In this document: one piece after another, positions 18,007 to 27,105 of the stretch
How the letters are laid out: each line of letters opens with the position of its first letter
How positions within the stretch are numbered: the stretch's first letter is position 1
DNA from: a virus
Taxonomy: Duplodnaviria > Caudoviricetes
DNA length: 64,000 bases
Reading direction: 5' to 3' (one strand)
IMG/VR virus record: IMGVR_UViG_3300045594_000343
Coordinates: 3,370-67,369 of that record
The notes under the pieces: model-generated
The model's input: only the letters and a program-made list of their open reading frames with translations
The model's database searches: none
What the model was told of the DNA's origin: nothing
Translations under genes and position numbers: made by a program

Positions 18007-18700
18007 TTCTGAATTAAAAACATTCTATTGTTTGTTTAATAAAATGAATGGGGCGCAAATTAATGATTTTTTAAAAACAAAAGGATTGTTTTATGCTAGT
18101 TTTTTAGACCCTTCACTAGCTGCCTTAAACGAAAACTGTGAAGACGATAGTGATTTGGAGATTTCAGATTATATTGAAAAATGTACTGATGTTAATGATG
18201 AGGTTATACAAAAATATCTAAAACAAGTTGAGAATAACTTAAATCAAAATGATACAGTTATTGTTATTAAGCCAACAGATATCACAGAGAATGAACGGCA
18301 TCTGAGCGAAATAAACAATGTATATAAGGTTATTGATAATAACAACTTTGAGCAATTATTGCTTATTTCTAACAGCAATGTGAAAAAAAATATAGAATTA
18401 TATAAAGAAAAAATGAAAAAAACATATTGTGCTTCTGATTTATATAATATGGATAGTACAATATCTAAAATGCTGTTACCTAAAATGCTAGAACAATTTA
18501 GGAAAAACACACATGGATATCCATGTAACTTAACAGAAAAAGAATGGGATAAAATCCTATTGAAATTGATTTGGTTTTTTAACGAAATCATTACAAACCA
18601 AGGTTATGGTTGCAGTTGCGAAGAATCACAAAAATATAACAATAAAATAATCGAATGTCAAAATTTATTGGGTAAATATTTTTTGGATTTGTGGGATTAA
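17996..18700 (+). CDS. Hypothetical phage protein
   Basis: 234-aa ORF. The C-terminal EWDKIL.K.IW.F...LLGKYFLDLWD motif is common in phage hypothetical proteins. Confidence 0.7.
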   Translation: MLNDSELKTFYCLFNKMNGAQINDFLKTKGLFYASFLDPSLAALNENCEDDSDLEISDYIEKCTDVNDEVIQKYLKQVENNLNQNDTVIVIKPTDITENERHLSEINNVYKVIDNNNFEQLLLISNSNVKKNIELYKEKMKKTYCASDLYNMDSTISKMLLPKMLEQFRKNTHGYPCNLTEKEWDKILLKLIWFFNEIITNQGYGCSCEESQKYNNKIIECQNLLGKYFLDLWD

Positions 18701-18782
18701 GAAAAATCATTTTGTATGATAATATTAATATGGTTTACCATACAAAATATCTAGTAAAGAGGTTTCAGAATGGTATTCAAAT

Positions 18783-18816
18783 AAAAAAGCAAGCACATTA
18801 ACGTGCTTGCTTTTTT
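18783..18816. terminator. Bidirectional intrinsic terminator
   Basis: aaaaaagcaagcac-attaac-gtgcttgctttttt. Confidence 0.88.
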
Positions 18817-19262
18817 ATCTTGTCATAATCAAGTACCACTTTTAAGTCTGCATCAAGTTCTGACATATATCCTATTTGTGCACAATGACCTTGACCATCC
18901 ATTTGCATAACGTATAACAAATCACCGTGTATATCAATTGCCATAATTTGTTGGTTAAAGTAGTCTTTTTCTACAACATATTTAACATTTTCTTTGGTTG
19001 ATATTTTTAATCCAATATCAATTAAAAAATATACCAACTCTTCAATAATTTCCTCATCAATTCCAAAATAGAACTGAAAATCCTCTTGCAAATCGCTGTC
19101 ATATATAAAATCTTCATTATCTAATATCAGATTATGTTCCTTTGTATATTTTATAATTCGAGCTACATACATTTCCCAATTTGATTTTAATTTTCTATCT
19201 ATTTCATCGCGATGTTCTGCAAATTGTGTTAGATATAAATCTATCTCTTCTTTTGTAATCAT
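18798..19262 (-). CDS. Hypothetical protein
   Basis: 154-aa ORF with GAGGT RBS. Confidence 0.7.
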   Translation of the reverse strand: MITKEEIDLYLTQFAEHRDEIDRKLKSNWEMYVARIIKYTKEHNLILDNEDFIYDSDLQEDFQFYFGIDEEIIEELVYFLIDIGLKISTKENVKYVVEKDYFNQQIMAIDIHGDLLYVMQMDGQGHCAQIGYMSELDADLKVVLDYDKIKKQAR

Positions 19263-19329
19263 TTTTTACCTCTATTTACATAATTAATGCAACCTTATGT
19301 GCTTATAAGGTTGCATTAATTTTGTAATA

Positions 19330-20265
19330 TTAAGCTACCAGTTTATATGCCATATCAAGCATCTTGTTGCCGTTCATTGCCTGAATCATGCGGTTTTCCT
19401 GTAGATTGTGCGTAAGACGAAGCGGACGGAGATGATATGCAAAATCACTTGTTGCCTGGATAATACCCCATGCCGTTCCTTCAAACTGACGAATATCATC
19501 CTGATGCATTGCCTGAATGAAGTTCTCACGAAGATACTCCATGTTGTTGAGCTTACGAAGTGTTGTCTTGTCATCTTCTGGAATCGGAAACAGCTTATCC
19601 ATAATCGCTTTAACTTCTGCATTTGTATAGGTTTTCTTTACAAGCATTTCCGCTTTACGATTGAATTCTTCCTGATATTTCTTTGCAGAAGAAAGAGAAT
19701 GTCTAGCCTCTTCAAGCTTAGACTTGATATCTCCCTTATGCACAAAGCTCCAGGAACGCCGTGCATTTTCAAGTGCAAGGTTCAACGTATTCTGACATAC
19801 AACCCTAACATTCGTCATTGTACAACGCACAGCAGACGAACCGTCATGGGAATTAGAGAACAACATATATGGTTCTACCTTATCGCCAAGAACGCTAACC
19901 TCCGGCATTCTAGCAAGCATCCATACCACCTTACCACCTGCAAGCGAACCAGCAGTTTCATAGCGAACCTCTCCACTGTCAATCAGTGCATCCGTAAATT
20001 CAAATGCTTCACGATTCTGTACCACTTTATACTGGTCTTTTACAATTCCGAGAATGGAATTATCAGAATCACGATAATTGATAATATGACCTGTTGGAAC
20101 ATGTAGTCCATCGATTTCAATAAAAGATGGTTTCTGCTTAACTTCCCAATCCAAACAAGCAATTTTAATTGCTTCATCAGAACATGGAGCATCTTCAATA
20201 ATTGTTCCCATACCGTGCCACGGAGTTTCTCTTACACTAAACATTGTTTCTACATTTGCGGACAT
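19330..20265 (-). CDS. DUF932/DUF945-family phage/plasmid protein
   Basis: MSANVETMFSVRETPWHG, LDWEV, YKVVQNREAF, YETAGSL.GGKVVW, NSHDGS, VRVVCQNTL. Confidence 0.85.
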   Translation of the reverse strand: MSANVETMFSVRETPWHGMGTIIEDAPCSDEAIKIACLDWEVKQKPSFIEIDGLHVPTGHIINYRDSDNSILGIVKDQYKVVQNREAFEFTDALIDSGEVRYETAGSLAGGKVVWMLARMPEVSVLGDKVEPYMLFSNSHDGSSAVRCTMTNVRVVCQNTLNLALENARRSWSFVHKGDIKSKLEEARHSLSSAKKYQEEFNRKAEMLVKKTYTNAEVKAIMDKLFPIPEDDKTTLRKLNNMEYLRENFIQAMHQDDIRQFEGTAWGIIQATSDFAYHLRPLRLTHNLQENRMIQAMNGNKMLDMAYKLVA

Positions 20266-20314
20266 TTTAATTACCCCTTTTCTTTTTCTAAAATTTAATC
20301 TCTTTATACTATGT

Positions 20315-20343
20315 ATAATATCACACAGTATGTTATTTGTCAA
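20315..20343 (-). promoter_or_regulatory. sigma70 promoter, extended -10
   Basis: TTGACA, 17 nt, TGA-TATTAT upstream of the DUF932 gene. A second TTGACA-17-TAATAT lies at 20537..20509. Confidence 0.75.
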
Positions 20344-20598
20344 TAGTTTTTTAATTTTTCTTCATACCATTTTTCAGCTTCTTCCAACGTTGGGCAATAT
20401 TTCTTATTGCTTTCGTCAAATCGAATCTTATTATCTGCATCGCACCAAATCCTAATTTTGTCTTCCATATATATTACCAACCTTTCAACATATTTATCTT
20501 ATGACAATATATTAACACATATAATTATAAATGTCAATATATTTTTTTGATAAAAATAAAATATAATATATTAAAACAGATTTAAGGACGTGAAAATA

Positions 20599-20766
20599 TT
20601 GGATTTGAAATGTAAACACTGTGGTACAGAATTAAAAATGGAATATACATATTGTCCTAGATGTGGAAAAAAAATCATGTGGCAAGATGATGCTGAATTA
20701 TATTACAGTCCACAATCAAATGATGGAAGATATAAAATATTTAAAAAAGAGGCTATTAAAAAATGA
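20599..20766 (+). CDS. Small zinc-ribbon protein (55 aa, not in ORF track)
   Basis: TTG start after AAGGA: MDLKCKHCGTELKMEYTYCPRCGKK (CxxC...CxxC), with ATGA overlap to the next gene. Confidence 0.7.
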   Translation: MDLKCKHCGTELKMEYTYCPRCGKKIMWQDDAELYYSPQSNDGRYKIFKKEAIKK

Positions 20767-21119
20767 AATATAGATTAATTAAAGCAGATGTTCCATCTGA
20801 TTTTTCCAGTGAAGTGTTAGGTACAAATGCGAATGATTTAGCTAATGAAGTATATCCTTCATTGGCTATGAAACCAGACATGCTTCAAGACATTATATTT
20901 AATGGCGGTCAAAATTTAGAAGCATATATTAATACGAATTATATTCAGAATTTAGCTGACCAATACACTAGTAATAATCAAAATTATGATGCAGGTACTT
21001 TAAATGTTGATTCTGCAAACATGTCAAAAGCAGTATTCAACAATATCTGCAATAAATTAGAATCCATGAACTTCAAAGAAGTATTGTCTTATTTTGGTGT
21101 TATATTGATTCGACAATAA
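20763..21119 (+). CDS. Hypothetical protein
   Basis: 118-aa ORF followed by a terminator. Confidence 0.7.
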   Translation: MKYRLIKADVPSDFSSEVLGTNANDLANEVYPSLAMKPDMLQDIIFNGGQNLEAYINTNYIQNLADQYTSNNQNYDAGTLNVDSANMSKAVFNNICNKLESMNFKEVLSYFGVILIRQ

Positions 21120-21150
21120 AAAAGAGCTTACTTTATGTAAGCTCTTTTTT
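21118..21150. terminator. Bidirectional intrinsic terminator
   Basis: aaaaaagagcttac-ttta-tgtaagctctttttt. Confidence 0.85.
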
Positions 21151-21165
21151 CAAAATGTTCTGAAA

Positions 21166-21429
21166 TTAACGCAATAAAATAGTGACCCCTGCGCTAATTA
21201 TTGTTAACAATAACGTTCCAACCGCGCCAATAAACATATTGATTCGTTTATTAAGCTCATCTACTTCTTCCTGTAAGTGTTCCGTATTTTGCTGATTTTC
21301 AGAAATGTTTTTTTCCATCTCTAAAATTTCCTGCTGAATTTTCGGTCTTTCTTCAAGAATTATAGACATGTTGGTTTCTGTTTTTGTTAAACGTTGAACT
21401 GTGTCTTGAATAAATGTGTCTTCTCTCAT
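21166..21429 (-). CDS. XhlA/holin-like membrane protein
   Basis: Coiled-coil N-terminus plus a single C-terminal TM helix (MFIGAVGTLLLTIISAGVTILLR). Confidence 0.5.
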   Translation of the reverse strand: MREDTFIQDTVQRLTKTETNMSIILEERPKIQQEILEMEKNISENQQNTEHLQEEVDELNKRINMFIGAVGTLLLTIISAGVTILLR

Positions 21430-21537
21430 CTCCCATACACCTTCATATTAACGGTACTTAAACAAAAAATTAAATAATATAGTCAGAAAATGTGTTTACG
21501 TTAACCGCAAACACATTTTCTTGATTATAGAATATTA

Positions 21538-21843
21538 TTACTGAATCACTTTTTGAAGATTGTCTTTTACTTCATCATAGAGATTTTGTAACCATTCTCT
21601 AATCGTGGATTTTTTGATGACTTTTGCGATTACGCTATCATCAACAAGTTTGTATATTTGCTCACAAACATAATCCATTTTTGCTTCGCCAATCCAATCT
21701 TGCTTTTCAGCATAAAGGAATAATTGCAAAGCTTGTTCTCTAACTGTTTCTTCCAATGCTTTTTTATTATCTTTATTAATAAAATAAACATTTGCACCGA
21801 ATAAAGCAGTTGCTACAATCACGAGTATCGTATTGTAATCCAT
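21538..21843 (-). CDS. Putative holin (LL-H-like)
   Basis: N-terminal TM helix then ALQLFLYAEKQ..IGEAKMDYV, resembling the LL-H-type AE....G..K...V motif. Confidence 0.55.
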   Translation of the reverse strand: MDYNTILVIVATALFGANVYFINKDNKKALEETVREQALQLFLYAEKQDWIGEAKMDYVCEQIYKLVDDSVIAKVIKKSTIREWLQNLYDEVKDNLQKVIQ

Positions 21844-22003
21844 TTTTCAACACCTACCTATATTTATTTTTGAAAATGATATTTTATCATCCTCACAATT
21901 ATAATATATTTTTTCTATTTACTTATCGTCATTTTGTCTAGCAAGATACTAATAGAAAATGAAAAACGGCTGAATATTTTTAAATATCCAACCGTTTTTT
22001 TTG

Positions 22004-22894
22004 TTAAAAAATATCACCATTCAAATCGTCATCCGTATCGTCAATACCTAATGCTTTATTGATTTTGTCAATATTCACATTTGATTTTTTAACATTTTTT
22101 TGATTTGAATTAGAAACATTACCATTCTCATAAGTATAGCAAAGCACATCGAATTTTACTTTTGTAATATTATTTTCCATCACCTTAACAATGCCTACTG
22201 GACCAGCGTAGAGTGCACTATAACCGCCATATACTTGCTGAACTCCATTTACCACAGGGGTGTTATCAGACCAAACAATTGTGGTGTAAAACCCATCGCA
22301 CATATCATAAATGCGATGATGAATTGTTACATTTCCATCCACACGTTTAATAACAGTTTCGCCACTATGCAAAAGCTTCTGCTGTTTTGCTTTATTCAGC
22401 GCAGGATGCACATTATAGCCTGATTCGTTCTGAATAAAGCGTTTCTGGTCTGGAGTGTGCTCCATATTAAGACTTTCCTCGAAGATTTCTTCTTTCATGC
22501 TCTTTTCTTCAGGGTCATAACCATACATTTTTTTATTCAGTTCTTTAATTTTCTTTTCATTATCAATACGTTTTACTTCACGTGCACGGGCAATATCATC
22601 ATCAAAGTGTTCCATTTTCTTTTCATAAATGAACTTTTCACATGCATACTGATTATGTTCTGTCAAAGTAAAAAACTTAAAAATTTCAGAAGCTAAAGAA
22701 GGATTTCCGTTTGCGCGTTCTTTACTCTTGTTATAAAGTTCTACAAGCCTGAATTTATCTTCTTGCGTTCCCTGCTCCATAATTTTATGATAAAGATGGA
22801 AATAATACATAGTTTCCATAATCCCAAATGTAAAATTTGGTTTGTGCCAATCCAACATCCATGCATAATTACGATTCATAAACATAACTCTCAA
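22004..22894 (-). CDS. Hypothetical early protein
   Basis: 296-aa ORF under a consensus promoter; acidic C-terminus. Confidence 0.7.
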   Translation of the reverse strand: MRVMFMNRNYAWMLDWHKPNFTFGIMETMYYFHLYHKIMEQGTQEDKFRLVELYNKSKERANGNPSLASEIFKFFTLTEHNQYACEKFIYEKKMEHFDDDIARAREVKRIDNEKKIKELNKKMYGYDPEEKSMKEEIFEESLNMEHTPDQKRFIQNESGYNVHPALNKAKQQKLLHSGETVIKRVDGNVTIHHRIYDMCDGFYTTIVWSDNTPVVNGVQQVYGGYSALYAGPVGIVKVMENNITKVKFDVLCYTYENGNVSNSNQKNVKKSNVNIDKINKALGIDDTDDDLNGDIF

Positions 22895-22932
22895 CCTCTT
22901 TCTGACGTTCTCTTATCTCATTTGTTATATTT

Positions 22933-22961
22933 ATTATACCTCATAATTTGCTTTTTGTCAA
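22933..22961 (-). promoter_or_regulatory. Consensus sigma70 promoter
   Basis: TTGACA, 17 nt, TATAAT. Confidence 0.85.
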
Positions 22962-22984
22962 CATGTTTTTAAAAATAAACAAAA

Positions 22985-23482
22985 TTAATCTGTATATTTT
23001 AATACTATATTTTTTAATTCTCTTGTTTTATTCAAGTCAATAACCCTTTGATTATTTGACCCCCTAAATTTCAAGGTTAAATTGCGTTCTTTTAACACAA
23101 AAGCCCCATCAACTAATACATCAATGTTATTCAGTAATTCAATCTGATGTGAATCATTTCTTTTTAATAAATCCTCATATGTATATCCTGTATAACTCCA
23201 TACATTCAATCCTAGTGTGTGAATTTTTTTAGCAATATTAGCTAAAAATTCTGCTTGTAAAAATGGTTCTCCACCAGAAAATGTTACACCTGATAATAAT
23301 GGATTTTGTTTTAAATCTTTAATTATATCATTTTCACTAATTAACATATTTGTTTTAATTTCCCAAGTAGAGGGATTATGGCAACCGACACAATGATGTG
23401 GGCATCCTTGTGTAAATATTACATATCGAATTCCGTCACCATCAACAATGGATTCTTTAATAATTCCAGAACAATTTAACAT
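22985..23482 (-). CDS. nrdG: Anaerobic ribonucleotide reductase activating protein
   Basis: ESIVDGDGIRYVIFTQGCPHHCVGCHNP, GVTFSGGEPF, WSYTGY, DVLVDG.F, FRGSNNQRVID. True start is MLNCSG at 23482 (GAAGGA RBS). Confidence 0.92.
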   Translation of the reverse strand: MLNCSGIIKESIVDGDGIRYVIFTQGCPHHCVGCHNPSTWEIKTNMLISENDIIKDLKQNPLLSGVTFSGGEPFLQAEFLANIAKKIHTLGLNVWSYTGYTYEDLLKRNDSHQIELLNNIDVLVDGAFVLKERNLTLKFRGSNNQRVIDLNKTRELKNIVLKYTD

Positions 23483-23496
23483 AGGTGTCCTTCTTT

Positions 23497-24084
23497 CTAT
23501 TTCTGACATGTTTGACAAGACATTATCTGACATCCTTGACACGTTTGACAACCCTGACAAGCTTCACATCCTTGACACGTTTGACAACCTTCACAAGTTT
23601 GGCATCCCTCGCAACTTATCAACTGACAAGAAAATACCTGACAATCCTGACATTTTTGACATGATAATACTTGACAGGAAGGACCAGATTCACAACTTTG
23701 GCATCTTTTTTCTGTTGTTGAATATGATTGGCACTTACTTGTTTGACAATCATGTGTCTGACATGTAATGCTCTGACAGGTTTGAAACTGACAAGATTGA
23801 CAAGACCCTGAATATGAAGAACATTCAGCTTGACATGTTTGACAACAATCATTATTTACAATACAATCACAGTTTGTACTAAACGAGTTTTCTGCAAAAT
23901 TAATACATTTCTGTAACGAGCTTAATGTAATTGAATAAGGAACTTTATCATTGTTATCAAAATTAACACTTTTAAACCAATAAGGATTGTCTGGTCTTGT
24001 CTCATCATAAATTTGTACAGTATTTATTATATTAAAATATTGGGATACTATTGCACTTAAACTTGCTTTTTTTATATTTGCCAT
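23497..24084 (-). CDS. Cys-rich C-[Q/E]-repeat protein
   Basis: 195 aa with GCAGGTGG RBS. About 60 Cys-free N-terminal residues are followed by ~32 Cys, ending ...CEGCQTCEGCQTCQGCEACQGCQTCQGCQIMSCQTCQK. Confidence 0.8.
   Translation of the reverse strand: MANIKKASLSAIVSQYFNIINTVQIYDETRPDNPYWFKSVNFDNNDKVPYSITLSSLQKCINFAENSFSTNCDCIVNNDCCQTCQAECSSYSGSCQSCQFQTCQSITCQTHDCQTSKCQSYSTTEKRCQSCESGPSCQVLSCQKCQDCQVFSCQLISCEGCQTCEGCQTCQGCEACQGCQTCQGCQIMSCQTCQK
23500..23860. repeat. Imperfect 9- and 15-nt periodic repeats encoding the CQx units
   Basis: Recurrent tgaca/tcaca every 9 or 15 nt; catccttgacacgtttgacaacc occurs twice near 23530-23590. Confidence 0.75.
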
Positions 24085-24102
24085 TTATTTTTCCACCTGC
24101 AC

Positions 24103-24723
24103 TTATTTATCTTCATCCCAAACAGCAGTACATGGATTCCATTTATTGTTATAATAATATCTAATGACACTATCTCCATCTATCCATAATTTTGATGTAT
24201 TGGTAGGAGGGGTACTTGATACAATGAAACATTGAATATTAATATTTGTTGTTCCATCAAACACAATATCGTTTATTGTTGGAGATGCAGATAATTTATC
24301 TGCCAACCTAGAAGCATTTACTTTTGAAGCCAAAATATTACTAGTGGTTCTTGAAACCATTTTATCTACATCATTTTGAGTTGCCACTTCTTGTCCATTC
24401 AAAACAAACAACTTTCCTTTAATATATGCTTGTGTATCTGAAATCTTTAATGAATCGTTAACATAATCATTACTTACGATTAATTTTCCTGTACATAATC
24501 CTGCTGGTTTTCCTTCTGGAGTTTTTACCTCTAAAAAACTAGAGAACGTTGACGGCATAAATTTATCATCTGTTTTTCCATTTAATCTCAATGAATTACT
24601 GACAATTCCCTTAACCATATCTCCTGAAGTCATTGGGTATAAAACTGTCCATGTATTTGCTTTATCGTTATATTCTTTTAATGTTATTTTTTTTAATTTA
24701 TTTGCCATGTTATATTTCACCAC
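24103..24723 (-). CDS. Tail fibre/baseplate-associated structural protein
   Basis: W.VLYP.T N-terminal motif, SPTINDIVFDGTTNINI fibre repeat, VSSTPPTNTSKLWID C-terminal motif. Confidence 0.55.
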   Translation of the reverse strand: MVKYNMANKLKKITLKEYNDKANTWTVLYPMTSGDMVKGIVSNSLRLNGKTDDKFMPSTFSSFLEVKTPEGKPAGLCTGKLIVSNDYVNDSLKISDTQAYIKGKLFVLNGQEVATQNDVDKMVSRTTSNILASKVNASRLADKLSASPTINDIVFDGTTNINIQCFIVSSTPPTNTSKLWIDGDSVIRYYYNNKWNPCTAVWDEDK

Positions 24724-24782
24724 CGTATCACAAATAGAAAAGGGATTAAATTAATAATCCCTTTTCTAATAATATATATTTT

Positions 24783-25103
24783 CTATTCGTCTTCATTACC
24801 TGTATCAGCATCTAATGAATTATCACGCATTACAGATTGTAAGAAATTCTCATCATTTAAATATTGCAATTCCTTTTTCAAATCTCTATTAAAATTTGTG
24901 ACCTCATCAGCATCATCATTCGTTGGTAACTTAACAACCCTTTGAATTTCTTCATATACATTCGGGTAATCATTATACAAATCATTTAAATCTCGATATA
25001 AATCTAAATATACTTTTAATAAAGCATCAGAGTTATTAATGATTTCCAATATTTTTGCTTTTACATCGTGTAAATCATCTGCTTTAACTAAACGTTTTTT
25101 CAC
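24783..25103 (-). CDS. Hypothetical protein
   Basis: ORF 24783..25130, with likely GTG start (MKKRLVKAD). Confidence 0.65.
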   Translation of the reverse strand: MKKRLVKADDLHDVKAKILEIINNSDALLKVYLDLYRDLNDLYNDYPNVYEEIQRVVKLPTNDDADEVTNFNRDLKKELQYLNDENFLQSVMRDNSLDADTGNEDE

Positions 25104-25110
25104 CTTATGT

Positions 25111-25284
25111 TCACCTATCTTCTGTAGCAAGCCATTGAGTTATACCATCGTGACATTTATTTTCATCACAGTGAGAATGGTCACAACTATTAATAAACGC
25201 ACAAGTTTTACATGATTGGTTATTAATAATAAAATTTTTCATTTGTGACGGATTCAATTCACACACTTGATTCAATCTTGTCAT
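25111..25284 (-). CDS. Small Cys/His-rich protein (57 aa, not in ORF track)
   Basis: MTRLNQVCELNPSQMKNFIINNQSCKTCAFINSCDHSHCDENKCHDGITQWLATEDR*. Confidence 0.6.
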   Translation of the reverse strand: MTRLNQVCELNPSQMKNFIINNQSCKTCAFINSCDHSHCDENKCHDGITQWLATEDR

Positions 25285-25290
25285 ATTCAA

Positions 25291-26559
25291 TTACTCCTGG
25301 AAGTTTTCCTCTATAAATTTTCTCATCATTTCGTCATCAATAGGATATTTTTGCGCAAGCAATAATTTCGGTATTAATTCTTTTTTTTGAGAATCATCTA
25401 TGTCAATCGTTAATTGATTTATGAAATATGGTCTTGAACATAAATTAAAAAATAATCTTTTTGTTAATTCTTTAACTTTATTTTTATCTTCTTTATCATG
25501 CAATCTTGCATATATATGATTTACTTGAAGAATTAAATCCTTTAAGTAATGAATCCCTTGTTCCTGTTCAAAATCTGTAATTGAATCATATAATGCCTGT
25601 CTACATCCAAAATCATCTTTTTGTTCACACATGTTTTTATTTTTCATTAACCAACATATTGTGTGAATTTCCAAATCAGAAAAACTTTTGAATTTTGAAA
25701 GTTCATTTTTAGCATCCGATTCATTATCAAATAAAACAGACCATAATTCTAGCTCAATTTCCGAGGATTTTTTAAATTTATCCAAAACATCAAATCGTTC
25801 CGGTTCATATTCTTGTAACGTTAATAATATTTTTTGTTTTTCATTATTCACTAAACACTTAGAATTAAGAATTCCTATCTTTTGCATCAACTTAAATGTT
25901 TCTGAAGCATATTTTCCAACAATAATTTTTCTTAATACATTGCCAACCTGTTCACTAGGCATAAATCTTAAAAATCTCATAGTCGATTTAATGTTTTTAA
26001 GAACTTCTTTATCGATTTTAAATCCTGTTAAAGACATTAATTCAAATGCTTGTAATGTCCGTATTGGATATTCATAGAAAACCTCTTTCCCCGGAACAAT
26101 GGTTTTTATGACTCTATTCGTCATATCTAATCTTGCACTAACTCCATAGAAGTTTTCTTCCTCTTTATTTTTAGCAACGCAATTTATTGTAAACACTTTT
26201 CTATCAAAATCTTGTTCTAATGTATCTACATATTCAACAATGGGAACGCTTAAAAACTGTTCAGGTTCTTTAATATAATATTGTTCTTTATGAAAACTTT
26301 CAATTTGAAATTCTTCATTAGCAAAATTAACATATACAATCATGGAATTATTTTCATCAACTCTATGATTAGGAAAAAATTTACAAATTTCTTCGGTTTT
26401 TGCATTAGTAACAATTGTAGTTTTGAATGTTTTTAAATGTCCTTTCCCTTTATATATTTCGTTATATAATTCATTACGACATTTATCACCATTATAATAA
26501 GCTTCAAACTTTAAATTATTTAAAATTGTCAAGATGGCTTTTGCAGATTCTTGCATCAA
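25291..26559 (-). CDS. CCA-adding enzyme/poly(A) polymerase-like protein with degenerate catalytic motifs
   Basis: AYYNGDKCRNEL (cf. YLVGGAVRDLL), TIVTNA.TEEI..FF, DFDRKVFTINCVA (cf. DLARRDFTINAMA), EYPIRTLQAF (cf. EDPLRILRA). Confidence 0.75.
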   Translation of the reverse strand: MMQESAKAILTILNNLKFEAYYNGDKCRNELYNEIYKGKGHLKTFKTTIVTNAKTEEICKFFPNHRVDENNSMIVYVNFANEEFQIESFHKEQYYIKEPEQFLSVPIVEYVDTLEQDFDRKVFTINCVAKNKEEENFYGVSARLDMTNRVIKTIVPGKEVFYEYPIRTLQAFELMSLTGFKIDKEVLKNIKSTMRFLRFMPSEQVGNVLRKIIVGKYASETFKLMQKIGILNSKCLVNNEKQKILLTLQEYEPERFDVLDKFKKSSEIELELWSVLFDNESDAKNELSKFKSFSDLEIHTICWLMKNKNMCEQKDDFGCRQALYDSITDFEQEQGIHYLKDLILQVNHIYARLHDKEDKNKVKELTKRLFFNLCSRPYFINQLTIDIDDSQKKELIPKLLLAQKYPIDDEMMRKFIEENFQE

Positions 26560-26617
26560 AAAATCTCCTTCTTAAAAAACTTTTTATTAAATATTATATT
26601 GTAAATAATAATAATAT

Positions 26618-27088
26618 TTAACTTTGATATTCAGAAGCATAATAAACTTCCCAATTGTTATACATATCTTTAATATATGAAACAAACACAGTATATGGTT
26701 CTGTTACAAGATTTTCTCCATTTTCATCATAACTTAAATTAATATAATTTATTGTTTTATTTGAATAAAAGTTTATATAAAACGCCTGATAATAATTATT
26801 TGGGTCTGCTGAAGCTCTAAAACTATCAGGACATATTAATTTTATATCTAATATGATTGGTAATGAACCATTATTTGTGTAATATTGTTTAATATAAGGT
26901 CTTAAAGTGGAGAATGGAACGTACTTTCCACTACTGCCCATCATATAATTATTTGTATCAATATTCATAACTGCTCCGGTAGATGAAATCAATTCAAATT
27001 TTTTTGTTCCCCACAATAACAAATCTGAAGCAAAATCAATAAATGTTGTTAGTTCTTCATAAGTTTTAAAATCAATTTTATATCCCAT
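26618..27088 (-). CDS. Hypothetical protein
   Basis: 156-aa ORF with GGAAGTGG RBS. Confidence 0.7.
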   Translation of the reverse strand: MGYKIDFKTYEELTTFIDFASDLLLWGTKKFELISSTGAVMNIDTNNYMMGSSGKYVPFSTLRPYIKQYYTNNGSLPIILDIKLICPDSFRASADPNNYYQAFYINFYSNKTINYINLSYDENGENLVTEPYTVFVSYIKDMYNNWEVYYASEYQS

Positions 27089-27105
27089 TAACTACCACTT
27101 CCTTT

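Noticed and set aside
23500-23860. Periodic DNA repeats as a CRISPR array or DGR template/variable repeat
   Set aside because: The 9/15-nt period is explained by the CQx coding pattern. There are no spacers, no adenine-specific mismatch pair and no reverse transcriptase in the window.
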